In this document: piece by piece, positions 31,701 through 45,400 of the stretch
How the letters are laid out: each line of letters opens with the position of its first letter
Position numbering within the stretch: the stretch's first letter is position 1
Assembly (NCBI GenBank): GCA_013239625.1
Contig: MU055549.1
Location: forward strand, 496,001-560,000
Direction: 5' to 3'
Length of the DNA stretch: 64,000 nt
From: Lama guanicoe
Taxonomy: Eukaryota
Translations under genes and position numbers: made by a program
Notes under the pieces: model-generated
The model's database searches: none
What the model was told of the DNA's origin: nothing
What the model saw: the letters and a program-made list of their open reading frames with translations, nothing else

Positions 31701-34700
31701 GCCGTGAGGCCCTCGGGCCTGGTTCCAGACTCACCAAGGAGTCCAGCGCAGGCAGTGGGCTCCTGAGACCCCCCAGCCCTGTTCCCAGGTGCCTCCTGAG
31801 GCCGGAGAGATCCGAGACCTCCACCCCTGGCTCAGAACAGGCAGCCTCTCCTGGAAGGGGCCTGGGTAGGGGGCAGGACCTCGGCCACAGCAGGCCCAGC
31901 AGAGCTGAGCCCACCCAGCCACGGGAAGACCCCTCTGGGTGCCCCTGTCTTTCTCTAACTTCTTGGCTTAATGACATGACGTGGGGCCGGCGCCTCTCGG
32001 GCCCTGGAAGCAGAGTCCGGCCAACCCCCAGCTCTGTGCTGCCTGCGAGCCTTGCCTGCTTCTTGGGTGAGGAGGCTGTCCCAGGAGAAGTGCCATCTGG
32101 GTGTTCAAGCCAGCCTCACTCCACAAAACGCAGGGCTAGGTGCGGGCCCACAGGGGACATGCCTGCAGGTGCTGCCGCCCAACACAGACTCGAGACCAAG
32201 CCTGCCCTGGGGCAGGTCAGGAAGCAAGTCAAGGCCCAGGGCAGGGTGAAGGCCCTCCTGCCCAGCCCCCGCTGTGCCAGCACGGGGCAACAGGGATGCG
32301 GGGCGTGGGGACTCGGGCGGTGAGATGCGCTGAGGGCTGCAGGGCTGGCCCCTGAGCGGGTGCAAGAGCACCTGATGTGTCTGCGCTGGGAGGCGGCCTG
32401 GGCCCTGAGCCCTGAACTGCAGGCACCCTGAGCCGATGTGGCGCTGTCTCTGCTTAGAAACGGCTGGGGCAGACCTGGGCTCGTGGGCGTTGGGTCCACG
32501 CACAGAAGCTGGTAAGAGGCACCAACTCCGACACGAGAGGCACCCTCTCTCTTCTGTCTGGCTTCACTCGGTGGCCTCCAGATGTCCACTTGAAATTGGA
32601 AAGATCTGGACAGACCAGCAGCTTGTGGGCAGCCTTGCGGGTCCAGTGGAGCCACGTGGGGACGAGGAGGGATGGGGCGGGGCTGTGCGACACCTCAGTC
32701 GCCGGAGCTCGATGACCGTCAGAGGCCGACCCTGCACGGCTTGGACAGACAGCTTTGTCCATAAACATCAGTATTGTTGTCACCATACCTCCAAGGTGCT
32801 CCTCACACGCAGACAGGCACTAGGTGAAGACGTATCCGAGGGACGGGTGCCTGCACAAGTCGCACAGAGACGCCTGTCAGGTTCAACCCACAAAGCGCCA
32901 CAGACCACTGAGAAAACGTAGGTCGTGCAACTGAAGGGCGGTGGTCACAGCCTCACCTGAAGGTTGTGGAGGTGCCGGCGGAACCAAAACTGGCCACTGG
33001 GTCCTGCAGAGAGGAAGGTGCTTCGGACACATGGCTGCGCATCGAAGGGTGTGACTAAACGAAAGCCTCGCACAGAAGTGGCTGCAGGTGTCACCCATCC
33101 TCCCTGCCGGCCCTGGACGTCCAGCGCCTGCTGCCCGGGGTTGGTCGGGCAAAACCCCAGCCCTGACAGTGAGCAGGTAGGGGGGACCTCTCAGGAGCAG
33201 AGTGTCCACGTGTGTGGCCCCTGCAGGAGCCCGGGCGGAGGCTGGCCAGAGGGCATCTGTCTTCAGCACTCACAGACCACAGGAAGGTGGTTTCTGAGAC
33301 CCTGAAGGCGCAAGGCCAGATGGAACCGTGGGAAGAACCAGATCAAACGGGAAACAGATAGAGACTTGTGTTCCTGATGGGGGACACCTCGGGGGGGCCC
33401 TGGGAGGCACCTGGGGACACCTGGGAGGGACATCCAGGGGACCCTGGGGGACACCTGGGGGTAGATACCTGAAGGGAGACCTCTGAGGGGTGACCTGCTG
33501 CTCCCCTAGAACTGGCCACCTGCTCTGAGGGCCCCATCAGATCCTCCTGGATCCACCTCCAAAGGAGAAAACCACGTCTGTGCTCTTGCCCATAAGATCC
33601 TGGGACTGCTGCTGAACTGCCACCCCTCGTCCAACCAGCCCCACTCTGTCCCCGAGGTGCCGTGGAGGTGGGCTGGGCCCCACCCCACCCGCCACGCCAG
33701 CTCCCAGGGAGCGCAGAGCAGGATCCTGACCACGGCACTGCAAATCCCATTAGCCTGGGCATCCAACTGTAAGACGCAGAAGACTTAAAAAAATTAATTT
33801 CAAGTTTTCTTCCTTGATTTGGACTCAATTTGCTAAAACCGTTTCATTTGAAGGGTCTCTTCTCATCAAAAAAAAAAAGGCTAAATGTGTCGCTGTGACG
33901 TGAACGCCTCTGTGAAGCGGGCAGGGCGCCCAGCTGGCGGGGGCGGGGGCACCCGGCACCCAGGGCAGCCGGGGCCTCCACAGCCTTGTCTGCACCAGCA
34001 CAGGTTTAATCACCATGCGTTTAACTGCGGTTTCCGAGCAGATTCAATTAACTGCTCACGACAGTTCTGAAGCCAACTCCCCGCCAGGCAAGAGGCGCCG
34101 TTAGAATCGGGTGAGGGAGCGGGTCCAGGACCACCGGGCAGAGGGCACAACGTGGGGCCAGGTGTGCCAGCCAGCGGGTCCTGGTGCTGTCGGGGCACGA
34201 GGATCGGTGCGAGTACCGGACGTGGTGGACGGGGTGGCAGGAGACGTGGCAGGTGATGGGGTAGGTGCACCTGACCAGCCTCCCTGCCCGCCAGGCACCC
34301 TCTGACCTTCGGGCACCTGCCTGGACCTCTGGGCTGTTACCAGGTGCAGGGAGACAGCGGTGGGTCCCAAGGGACCACATCCTCCAGTTGTGTTGTCTTG
34401 AGCCTGGTGAGGCCCCTGGTTTGGGAAAATCTGTTGACCTTCTTTTGCTCGATGGAGGAGAGAAAATTGCTCCTGCTCAGGGGATAGTGACCCCCCACCC
34501 AGGGCTATAAAAGGGGTGACGTCTCCTGGGTACCTGCTGTTGGACCCGCTCAGCGTGGCAGGAACACCGCTAATGGCTCAGAGCACGAGGGCACTGGAGT
34601 CGCAGTTTCTCTGCAGCCTTGGCTGAGGCCCTGCGGAGGGAGCTGCGGGGGACATGGCGGGGCGGCAGTGTTGACACCCGGGGAGAGCGAGACCACAGGA

Positions 34701-36289
34701 CGCTGGACCCTGAGCTGCGGTCCACTAGGGACACGTGGACTCCATCCTCGGGTCAGCAAGGCCAGGACGGCGTCTGGGTGCCCCCCCCACGTCCGGCTGA
34801 GTTGGTTTTTCACACTTGAGGTCTACCGTTCACAGGCTCACCACCAGACAACGCAGCGAGCCCGTGGAGAGGGAGTTTGAGTCCTGCCCTGGCTCCAGGG
34901 TCGCGTGCCAGTCACTGTGATGGTTTCACAAACTGAGGGACGCACAGGTGGATGAGAGCAGACAGGAAGTGAGCAGGCCAGGCCTCGGGGACAGTCTGGT
35001 CCCTGTGGTTGGAGCCACATGCTCGGCCTCTGGGTCAGGAGGACAGAGGACGGGTCCCTGAAGGGAGCCTGGTTCTGGCAGCAGGTGCGTCTGTGGACCC
35101 AGGACAAGGGAAGTGGCGTGGCCTCACCCCGGTGTTCGGCTGGGCTCCCCCGGCCTTCCCCCAGCCTGGCCCAGGGGCCTGCGCCCCCCAGAGCAGCCCA
35201 GCCCTCCAGGCAGCCCTCCGAGGGGAGGGGCAGAGGCGCTGCGCGTGCGGAGCGCGGGGGAGGGGCTGGGGGGTTAGACCTCCCCTTGCGCAGCTTGCTC
35301 AGGCCGGCCCTGACCTCGGGGCAGCTGGTGAGCACACATCTGCCCGGTGGAAGGAAGCGGCAGGGCCTCGCGCTGGGGCTGCGCTGACGGAGGCTGGACT
35401 GGCCCGGACGCCGCGTCCACCAGAGCCGCGGGCCAGCCATCCGGCCCCAGACCTCCCAGGCACTCAGCCTGGGGCGCCGGACCGGGAGGTGAGATCCTGT
35501 CGTTCTGTTCAGAATCTCCCAAGGCAAGAACACATCTTCTTCTCCTTACGAAGGCCACAGAGTCACCGGGGAAGAACTCGTCCACTTACAGTCTGCAGTC
35601 AGAGCGTCTGTGCCGAGCCGCCTGCCGGACATGTGTGGACGCGCGGATGGACGTGCGGATGGACAGTGACGGCTGTCTCCCCGGAAGGCAAGATCCTTTG
35701 GTCAGTTTGGCATCCAGCCCACCCACCGGCTCTGGGCTGGGGGGCCCAGGGAGAGACAGCCGGGCCACCAGAGAGAAGAGACCCACTGGAACTCTGTCCT
35801 GGATGGCGATGGGCTGGGGTCACGCTGGGGCCACGATCTGGTTATCACTGGGGGTGAAGGGCTGAGCCCATGGGAGGCTGCAGTGGATACCTCTGAGTTT
35901 GCCCAGCTCCTCTCGGGGTCAGGGTGACCCTGTCTAGGTCACACCCTGCTCTGCTGGACACCACACAGCTGACAGATTGAGCCCTGAGTCACAGAGGCTG
36001 TGGGAGGGCTGAGCGGGGGCCGTCACATGCTGCAGTGGACGGACATACAGCAACAGGAGGGTGGGCGTGGCTCTGCAACCCCAGACCCAGTGAGGGAGGG
36101 AGGCTGGTGGGAAGGGGGCCTGGGGAATGGACCTGGGGGCACTCTAAACTCTCCTGAAATATCCCACCTCAGTCACCCCTGGCCCTCAGCCCCCTCTGGT
36201 TCTCCAGCCCAAACCCAGCCCCTGCCCACCCTCCCCTTAGCCACACGTGTTCTGTCTCCTCTGTCCACTCCCAGCCAGAGACCCTGAGG

Positions 36290-36345
36290 GCAGGGCCCCC
36301 AGCAGCACCCGGAGAAGCTCAGCAAATATTTGTGAAGGAAGGAGG
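36290..36345 (+). mobile_element. L2 3' end fragment
   Basis: gaagctcagcaaatatttgtgaagga resembles the L2 terminal motif. Confidence 0.5.
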
Positions 36346-39300
36346 GGAGACAGAGAGGAGGCTTCACCCGCGGGGCCGACAGTCCCGAGGCCTCTCCAAG
36401 GGGCACCTGACCCCGACCCAGAGCCCCTGCACTGCCAACACTGGCTGCCGCCCGTGAGCCAACACAGAGCCTGAGCCCCTCAGACACACCCCGGGGTGCA
36501 GGGGAGCGGCGTCCAGGCCGGCCTCCCCGCTGACCTGCGAGCACCGTGGTTCCCCCGGAGCCTGGGCGGGAGATGTCCCTTCATCCCCAAGGGCTCCTGG
36601 TGAAGCACGGGGTGGGGAGGGTGCAGCAGAGGGGCCCTGAGAGCCTCACTTAGGGTTTGGAAAGCAGCAGAAGAGAGTGGACCCTTTCTCAGTGTCAAGC
36701 TTGAGCCCCTGCACCGCCCCACGATGTGCAGAGCCCGGAGATCTGCCGCCAACGTCCGTTCACTCAGCCCCTTCAGGTGCGACCAGCGTCTGCCCCAAAG
36801 CTGAGAAGTAATGACGCGCTCAGTGGAAGGGGAAGTTGTGCCTCCAGGTGGTCTTCAGTGTTTTGCTCTGATACACGTTTTGAAGATGTGCTAACACGTT
36901 CTGTTTGGTAGCCTTGGGTGCAGGGCTCTCAGACTCCTCGATGATTCCTCCCGTCTTCTCTCCAAGCACCTGACGCCCAAGCCCACGCCAGGAAAGGCCC
37001 CTCGTCCGAGACCTCAGCCCGGGCCATGTCTGCACACACGGCCACCGCAGGCCTGGCGGCCGCCCAGTGCACACCGAGACCCTGCAGAGCTGAGTAGCCC
37101 AGCGAACTTACTGAGGCAGAGAGGCCCCCACGGCCCCCAGCTCCATGTGGCATCTGAAATGCACACGCGGTCTCAGTGGAGCTGGCCGCCCCAGGTGTGT
37201 GGGCCTCCTGGAAGATGTGCGCACCACCCTTGGAACCCGGCCGGCTCCACAACCAAGGCTGCAGGGCAGTGGGAGGCCTGTGAGAGCAGGGGCCGGCATC
37301 GCTGTCCACGCAAGGCCGCTGGATGCCGTGGGCTCCCGTCTCCCCAGGCACAGCTGGTTTCTGGGTGCAGGGCCCAGGCGTGAGGCCTCAGAGTTCTCTG
37401 CAGGGAAAGAGGCAGCGTCTGCTCACCCACACGGACCCCCGTGACCCAGACCGCTGCCACAGACCCGTCTTCACAGACCCCTATGTCCCTGACGTCAGTC
37501 GACTTGGATCCTGCCGAGTGCCCCCGTGGAATTCTGCCCAAAGACACAGGTTCTGCCCGGCTCCCAGCCCACCTGGGGACACTGTGGCTCCTGTTCCACC
37601 CAATGGACGCGTCCCAGGACCATGGCGCAAGCCCACCCGGGGAGGAGGAGTTGAAGGAGGCCCCTCCAGGTGGATGTGCTTCAAACGCCCCCCCAACCCA
37701 TGCCTGAGGGGTCTTGCCCACCCGGGCCCCTCGCACCTTCCCTGACACTCGTTCCATCCGTGGCCAGTGCCTTCCAGGTCACCTATCATGTCTGGCTGGG
37801 CAGATGCTTGGCTCCCTCGGTCCCATGTCCCTCAGGGACAGCTGTCCGGTGTCAGCCACTTGAAGGTGGATGTGATCCGCAGGTCAGGGAGGGCTGACTG
37901 CCAAGGCCAGCTGCCACCTGGCTGGAGCCGCCTCAGTCTCTGGGTCCCGAGTCCTTCTCAGGAGATGCCCAGGCGGTGGCGGGCCGAGAGTCTGGAGGCC
38001 AGTGCCGGCCTGGGGACAGGAAGAGCAGCCGGATCCTGAAACCTCTTCCGTCTGCCCGGGTCCAGGGCCGGCAGTGGGCTTCCCGTGACCTGCTGGGGTC
38101 ATCACGGTGGCTTTCTTCCAAGCGGTGTGGATATGCTGGGGCTGGAGAGATGGCTGCTGAGGGTCAGTGGCTTCGTCCACTAACATTGCTCACTGGACTC
38201 AGCAGGGACGCCCAGTCACTCACCACAAATGCGGGGATGACCTGCATCCGCCCCGGCCTACCCCCTCGGCAGGGACATACAGAGGAATTGGGCACTTCTG
38301 GCCCTTGGCATCCGGAAGCCTCGCCGTCCACGTCCGTCCACTCTGTCCCTCATGTCTCAGCCCAGCGGCTGCCCTGGCAGGGGTGAGGCGGGGGATGCGT
38401 TTGCCTCCCGAGCCCCTGGGGTGGGAGAGGACGCAGCCCTCACCCTGGCCCTCCTCCAGCTCCAGCCCTGAGGGGCAGCTGATTAATCACGATATGCAAA
38501 TGGCCCATTTAAAAAATCAATCACACCAGGACGTTTGATTCATTATTCAAGACCTGAGTTGTGCACACAGAATTCCTAATGACACGACAAATCAAGGATC
38601 AGGGCCATTATTTGGGGTAAAAACCCGTGTTTGGATGGACAAATTGGGGCCCTCAGGCTCCGACCCTCCCTCCAGACCAGGATCTGATGTCCCCCAGTCC
38701 TGTCTCAGGGACAGAGACTTTGCTGGGCTCCAGGACTGAGCGGCCAGACGGAAGCCCAGATCCTGATTCAGGTGCCAGTCAACTGGACGAGCAGAGTCCG
38801 ACAGCACATGGGGACGCAGGGTTGGCCTGGCGGACAGGGGCAGCCCCACGTGTACCTGGGCCCTGTACCTGGGGGAGCGGGGAGGGGCCGCCTTCCTGTT
38901 GCCCCCCCTGCACCAGAGCCCGGCCTGGACCCCTACAGTGACACATCCACCCGGTGCCCTGCTCGGCCCCTCCCAGACAGTCTACAGACCAGGGGCTCGT
39001 GGTCTCTGCAAATGAAGTCAGGGAGGCCAGGGGAGCAGGTCCCCACAAAGGAGCCGCTTGCAGGCCCAGCCCTGTCCAGGCTGCAGGCCTTCAGTTTGGG
39101 GCCGGCTCGGGTCTCCTGCCGTTTGGGCTGCGTCCCCTTTCTCGGCTCAGGTCTAGGTGTCTGCCTGCTCTAACGGTCTTGTCTCAAGACCTTTGACTAA
39201 CATACACCTGTTAAAGACCCTTTTCCAAAGGAACCGTCACAGGCTTGGGGAGCGGCGCTGTGGACGTGGCCTTTGGAGGCGGCTTGTTACGTTTTATTCG

Positions 39301-42300
39301 GCGGACTTCCTGAGGACTGGAACCCAGGCGCGGCCTCTCAGATCGCCCCAAGAGACGGCTTCTAAGAGGCCGGGAGGAGCCAGGACTCGTGGGGGTTTTT
39401 ACAACAAAGACCAGGCACTCGGAACATTAAAGATGACTGTTAACGAAGAAGCCCAGACGTGTCCAGGTGAGGAACTTAGCGCTTTGCTATGTACGGGAGG
39501 GCGCAAAGGTCTGGGCTCCCTGAAATCACTCCTCTGATGGGCACCGGAGCTGCCGGTGCCGGGGCCGGTGTCGTGTGCTTTCCCGTCCTGCGTCCCCTCG
39601 GGGGCACTGCTGGGGGCGGCCGCGGAGGCCGGGCTGCCTGCTGGTCTCCATCCTGAGCCCCCTCCGCTCACTGTCGGGGTGGGGGCAGCGGCTGATGACC
39701 CGATGGCCACAGTGGCCTTTGTTTACTGATGTGGCTGCAATGTTTTTCATTCATACCACCATTCAGTCCACCACACTCTCCAGTCCTGGACCCACAGCTC
39801 CGAACGCAGGAGTGAGGTGGACGAGGAGGAGGTGGAGGGCATGGCCGATGCTGCAGCCACGGTGCCCCATGGAAATCCCACCTGGTGGAAGGGCCAGGCG
39901 AGAAGCGGCTGGGGAAGGGACGAAGTCTCTCTCCTCACCTCTCTGGAGCGCAGCTTGGGGGACCCGAGAGAAGGGAGTGAGGTGAGAAACAAGGCCCCTC
40001 TCTGGGGAACCGGAAGTGTGGGCTCCGCCTTGAGAGGCGGTGTGGGTGCGGGCCTCTGGTGGGCTGGCCGTCCCGGCCTTTCTGAGAGGAGCAAGTGGGG
40101 TGACTCACAGCAGCGGAGGGTGAGTGAGAGGACACCTCATTCTAACTGGGGGTTCATTTCTCTTATGTTTGGCGCCAAATAGCACTCCTCTGAGGGTAAC
40201 ATCACGCTGAATTAACACGCGTGCTGAAAGGTCAGTGCTCCGTGCCAGTCACAAAGCTTTATCGCTGCGCCCGGGGTGCAGCCCGTGGGGGCACGAGTTG
40301 CGTTCACCCGGCAGGCGGAGTCCGTGGAGCCTAGAGCCCAGGACCCGGCCCTCAGCATGACCTCCTCTCCACGCCCCCCAAGTCTGTGCGGGACCCCCAG
40401 CGCGCAGGTCCACGAAGCCAGTCTCTGCGTCCTCCCGTCACCTGGCACGGTCGGCCTTGAATAACCGGGGAAGGCTCCTCCCTTCCCACCCAGGCAGGGC
40501 CGCCCGCCGGGGGCCCAGGGCTCTGCCACCCGCTTGGCTGCTCCCCCAGGGCTCCGCAGACACCCGGCACAGCTCAGGGGCCCGGAATCCAGGGGCCACG
40601 TGACCGCGAAGGCCTCTGGGACACGCCTCGGGGGCCTGGAAGAGCGGCGCTCCTGACGCCTCGTGGTGACCAGCCGGGTCGCCAGCATCACGGCTCTTTA
40701 CCTCAGGAAAGGAGAGACTCCTCTCAGGGTATGCCAGCTGCCTTCTAATTTCCCCCTAAAGGGCTTTCGTAGACCCGGGCGTCCCACAGGGGATTCTTAA
40801 TCCAAACGCTGCTGTGAAGACTTGGGCCGAGGTTCCCTTGGAAGTGGTTGGTTCCTGGCTGAGGGAGGACCCAGCCTGGCGCTCTGGGCCGGGGCTGCCT
40901 GCACCGCGGGGCCTCACCAGCTATGACGATGCTGCGAAGGGCGTGCTAGGCGTCTCCGTCTCAGGCAAACTCTGGCCCGTGCGGAGCCCGTGTGCGGAGA
41001 GCGGGTGGCCCCACGCGCCTGGGTCGCTGCACGGCGGGGTGCCGGTGAAAACCCCCCACGCAGGAAACACGCTAATCTGCCTGAAATCGCGGGGGGGCTC
41101 CCACTGCCCCAGACGGTGGGTCGGTACTCCCGGCACGAGGTGCTCAGCTCGTGTCTCTTCCTTCCGTCTGGAATCTGCTTTGACCTGAGGATTTGAGACC
41201 CTTCTTGGAAAAAGAAGACGCCCTCTCTTAGCTCGAGTTACTGCAAGTTTTTCCTCCTTACTTTCCCCCACTTTTGGAGCGGGCCCTGCCGATGAAACTC
41301 CGCGGCGTAACACCGTCGCTCTATCCTAAATATAATTTTAAATGTTATATGTTGGCAGAAATGGAAAGTTTATCATAAAAGGTTTTCCTGAAATAGTTTG
41401 AAACTGCATTTACTTGCGACTAAATCGATTAAACTTTCATCAGCTTGATTGAAACTCTCAAATTTTAAATTTCCCTTAGACTGGGTACAAGAGAGCTCGC
41501 GCCTCCCCTCCATAAATATTAAACATTAATGCGTTTCTTAAAACAATAAGTTCTCTCTACACAAAAAAACATGTTTAGTCTGTTAAAAATTTATATGCCA
41601 AATAATTTTAAAGCCTCCTTCTTGGCGTTGGTTGGCTGTCCTTACAGCAAACTTCAAGGCTCGTTGAGTTAACGCGTTCACTTCAGTGCAAATCTGCCTG
41701 CGGCCGCTGAGCCCACCACGAGCGTCTGACAGCTGTCTGTGCGTCTCCTTACAAACGTCACCCTCTCATCTGAGCAGTGAAAAAAGCAGCCCCTGGAAGG
41801 GAAAGGCGGGTGTCAGGCCCCTCCCCGCTGTGGAGGAGGAGGGGGCTGCTCTGTCCAGGGGGCCCGGGGTGAAGGGAGGACCCCCAGCCCAGCCTCGCCC
41901 CCAGGACGCGCGTGGCCCTGGAGGTTTGTCCACAGGCCGTGGGCTCTGCGTTTACTTGATTGTCTCACTTCCCTGTATTTTTAACTGTCATGACCTAACT
42001 GTTTTTGTGAAGCATGACACACTCTCCTAAGCAGGAAAAATCCAAGGTGCACAGAAAACCACCAAGAAAGGAAAAAACGCACCCAGATCCAGCCCCTCCA
42101 TGCAGATGCCTCTTTGCGGGTATTTATGGCTAGAAGGACAGAAATCATGCTTGAAAACTGGGAAAATATGTACATGGTGTTTTAACACAACACGCCCAAC
42201 TAATTCTACTTGCCCTTGACCAGAGTCCACTGACGTGAACCTGGAGGAACAGAACATGTAGCAAAGTCTCCTTCCCGTCACAGACGCTTCCAGGGTCCCC

Positions 42301-42304
42301 CGTA

Positions 42305-42435
42305 GCCCGGATCTCACCCCGGGCTGCACACAGAGCCCTGGGGACCCTCAGGGACCCTCACTCACCTGGCCTGAGGTGCCCTCAGACACTTTAAAAGCTC
42401 CCGGGTGATTTTAACGAGCAGCCAAGGCTGAAGAA
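42305..42435. mobile_element. MER5A-like hAT-Charlie MITE
   Basis: ggctgcaca... and tttaaaagctcccgggtgattttaacgagcagccaaggctga. Confidence 0.65.
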
Positions 42436-45400
42436 GAAATGCCACGTGCCGTTAGTGGTTAGAATGGCCGAGCTGAAGGCATCGCAGTGTTTCCGCGCAC
42501 TGACGGCCCCAAGTGCCTCCTCGGCCCCGGTGTGTGCGTTACTGTCACTGTGGCTCCCAGGACTGGCGGCGCACCTTGGCTGTAAAGGCCCCTGAGCCCT
42601 TCAGCCCCACCCGCAACCCTGTCCGGCTTGTTGGCTCAAGTCGGTCACTGCAGGGCTTTCCGGAGGGGTTCTGGGGGGTGACCACCTGGGCACCTCCACC
42701 GTCTTCCCGTTACCTGGAGACTCAGCCCGGGGTAACGCCCTCTGACCTCGGCATCCAGGGTGTGTCCGTGGCCTGTTGGTTACGGAAAGTCCGGATTTCC
42801 CTTCCTCCATGCGACTTGACCTTTGTACTTGGAGATTCGAAAGTTCTGTCCTGACTCTGAAACCCAAGGCCTCTGCGGGACCCGCCGTGGTTGACCCCCG
42901 CCCCGGGTTACCTGGGACCTGAGGACGGTCTCGGCCATTTTCCATTCCGGCATCTCCTCTCTGTTTGCTCCGCCTCCTCCTCCTCTGGTGACCGGGGCCT
43001 CGTCCCACCTTGGGTGGCTTCTTCACGCCACCGGCCACACTCCTGGCTTCTTCCGGTCTCAGAGGCTTCCCTGCGGTTTCCCCTGTGGTCGCTGTCTCTT
43101 CCCTTCTGCCTTGGCCCCATGACCGCCCCCTCGTCCTCTGTGAGGGTCTCCCCTCTCTGCGTGGAGAGGCTGCGGCCACCCAGGGTCTGAGGCTCTGTCT
43201 GGAGATCGCTTCTCCTGCGCCTCCGGTTTGTGCTCCGACCTGGGCCGCGAGTCCTCCCCTGCCCACCGCGGGCCCCCACCCCCAGACCCTCCTGAAGCCG
43301 CTGTCCCCTCGGGGCTGTTCGCTGGAGGAGCTGGGAGGACGGGCGGCCCCCAGCCTTCTAGGCGATGTCCCCTCTCCACCCGGGCCGCTTCTTCGTCCCA
43401 GCCAGGCCGTCCAGCCCACAGGACCCCCTCACCCGCCAGCTCCAGGCAGCCTCCCCTGGCTGGCGTGTTTGTGGTCCTGCACCCGCAGCTCCTTGGCCCC
43501 TCCTGGGTGTGGACCCCTCCTCCTCCGCCAGGGTCTGCCTAGACCCTTGAGCCCAAATTCTGATCAACGGAGCAGGTCCCTACCATTCGGGCGTGCAGCC
43601 TGCTGTGGACACACCAGGGCCCAGCCCGGGGGCCCAGGCAGCCGAGGCCCTGACCCCCGAGTTTCCACCCGTGTCTGGTGCGACCGCTGGTCTGGGGCAG
43701 AGACAGCGGTCCCACACGGCGGCAGGAGTTTCTGTTGTTTTGTAGTCTCCATCGAGGCTCAAGCGGAAAGGGCAGGTGCATGCCTGATGCCCGCAGGTCG
43801 GGGCGTCGCACAGCCTCAGGAGCGCCCCCGCCCACTGTCAGGGAGCTGCGCGTGGGGTGACCTGACTTCTGCCGGACAGGTGCCCTCAGCTCGCAGGGGG
43901 TCCCGTCCTGGGGACGAGGGTGCGGTTTTTCTCCAGGCGGAGTTAGGAGGGTCTGAGTGGAGACCCCACCAGGAAAGGACACACGGACGCTGACGGAAGG
44001 TGAACACTGGAAATCACTTCACTCCACGTCCACCGACGCGCTCTAGAAGCTGCTACAGGATTGCTATAAATTAGTAGAAAGGATTAACGCTCAAGCTCCA
44101 AATCCTCTTAGCCGGAGGCTCACAGTAATAGGATACACAGGTGAGTGTCCATGCACGTGGGGACTTCTCAGCTCTCCACGCCGAGGGAGCACGGGGTGGC
44201 ACAGAATTCCTCAGGGAAAGTGTCCCCTCCAGGTGTGGGACGGATGGTGCTGGGAGCAGAGCATGCCGGAGACAGGCATCGCAGGACAGACAAGGCTGCT
44301 GACCGCCCCGCGGGGCTGCGCCTCTGGGCAAAGTGGACTTGGGCTGCCTGCCTCCCGACCCGCGCCCTGAGCAGGGGCCCACACTCCAGTCTTCCCATCC
44401 CTCCCCGCAGAAGGGAGGCCTCCCTTGGGTTAGCGAGCTGCCTCCTGCTCTCTGCCATCCCGGCCCACCCAGCCCTCCTCTCTCGTCGGAGCCCCGGGGC
44501 TCCCTGAGGCCCTGCTGGTGGAACGTCCCACAGGAGAGCAGGCGCTGGGTCTTCTGCAGCCGGCGAGTCCCTTCACGCCCAGGAAGCGGGCGAGGAAGGA
44601 GGGCACCCACACCCAGCTGTGCCCCAGACGCCGGGGGAGCAGAGCCGATGGGCCCTTCACCTAGAGGAGCGCCTCCCGCCCACGTCCTTAGACGGTCGTG
44701 CCTCCGGGGATGGCACGGGTCAGCCCAGGCGGGTCGGCAGGGGAAGCATGGGCGCGAGGGGGCACTGCCCCGTCAGTGGTCCAGCCGCTCAGTTAGCGCC
44801 GCCCCTGGGCTGCCGGGCCTCCCGTCCCCGCCTCTTTCTGTCAGAGTCCCCGACCGCGGGTCCTCCTTCCCCGGCAGAGCCCAGCCTGGGCCGCAGTCAC
44901 GTGGTCCTGACGCACAGCCTTAGAAGCCCACGGAGGCAGCGGGCTTTCTGGCGGCTTTGGGCGGCAGTGGAGCAGACCCCGGGAGGCGGCATTGGTGATG
45001 AGGGATGCGGCCTCCCCGCCCTGTGTCCCTCACACAGGGCGGTATGTCCTGGGCTTTCATCAGAAGCCGCAGGCGTTTCAGCAAACCTTTGGCTTTAAAG
45101 CGAAGAAGTGACATTTACCGGCTCCGATTCGAGAGCTCCCAGGGTTTCTGGGCGATTGTGCTGCTCTCGACGCTGGCTCAGATGACGGGCTTCTAAAGTT
45201 TTATTTTTAACCAGAACATCCAGCCCCTGGGATTGGGGGCCGGGTGAGGGGCCGGATCCCTCCTGAAGAGTCACGTTGGTCCAAAGTCCGGCCTTCAGCG
45301 GCCTCCACGAGCATCACGCGGCCTGCCTGTCACTGGAGGGGCATGAGGATGTGGTCTCCACGGCGGCACCTTACAGACGCCCCAGCGACTCGGGTGTGGG

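Noticed and set aside
33380-33500. Loose GGACACCTGG repeats resembling the 4.6 kb VNTR
   Set aside because: Irregular low-complexity sequence with no clear unit; a relationship cannot be supported.
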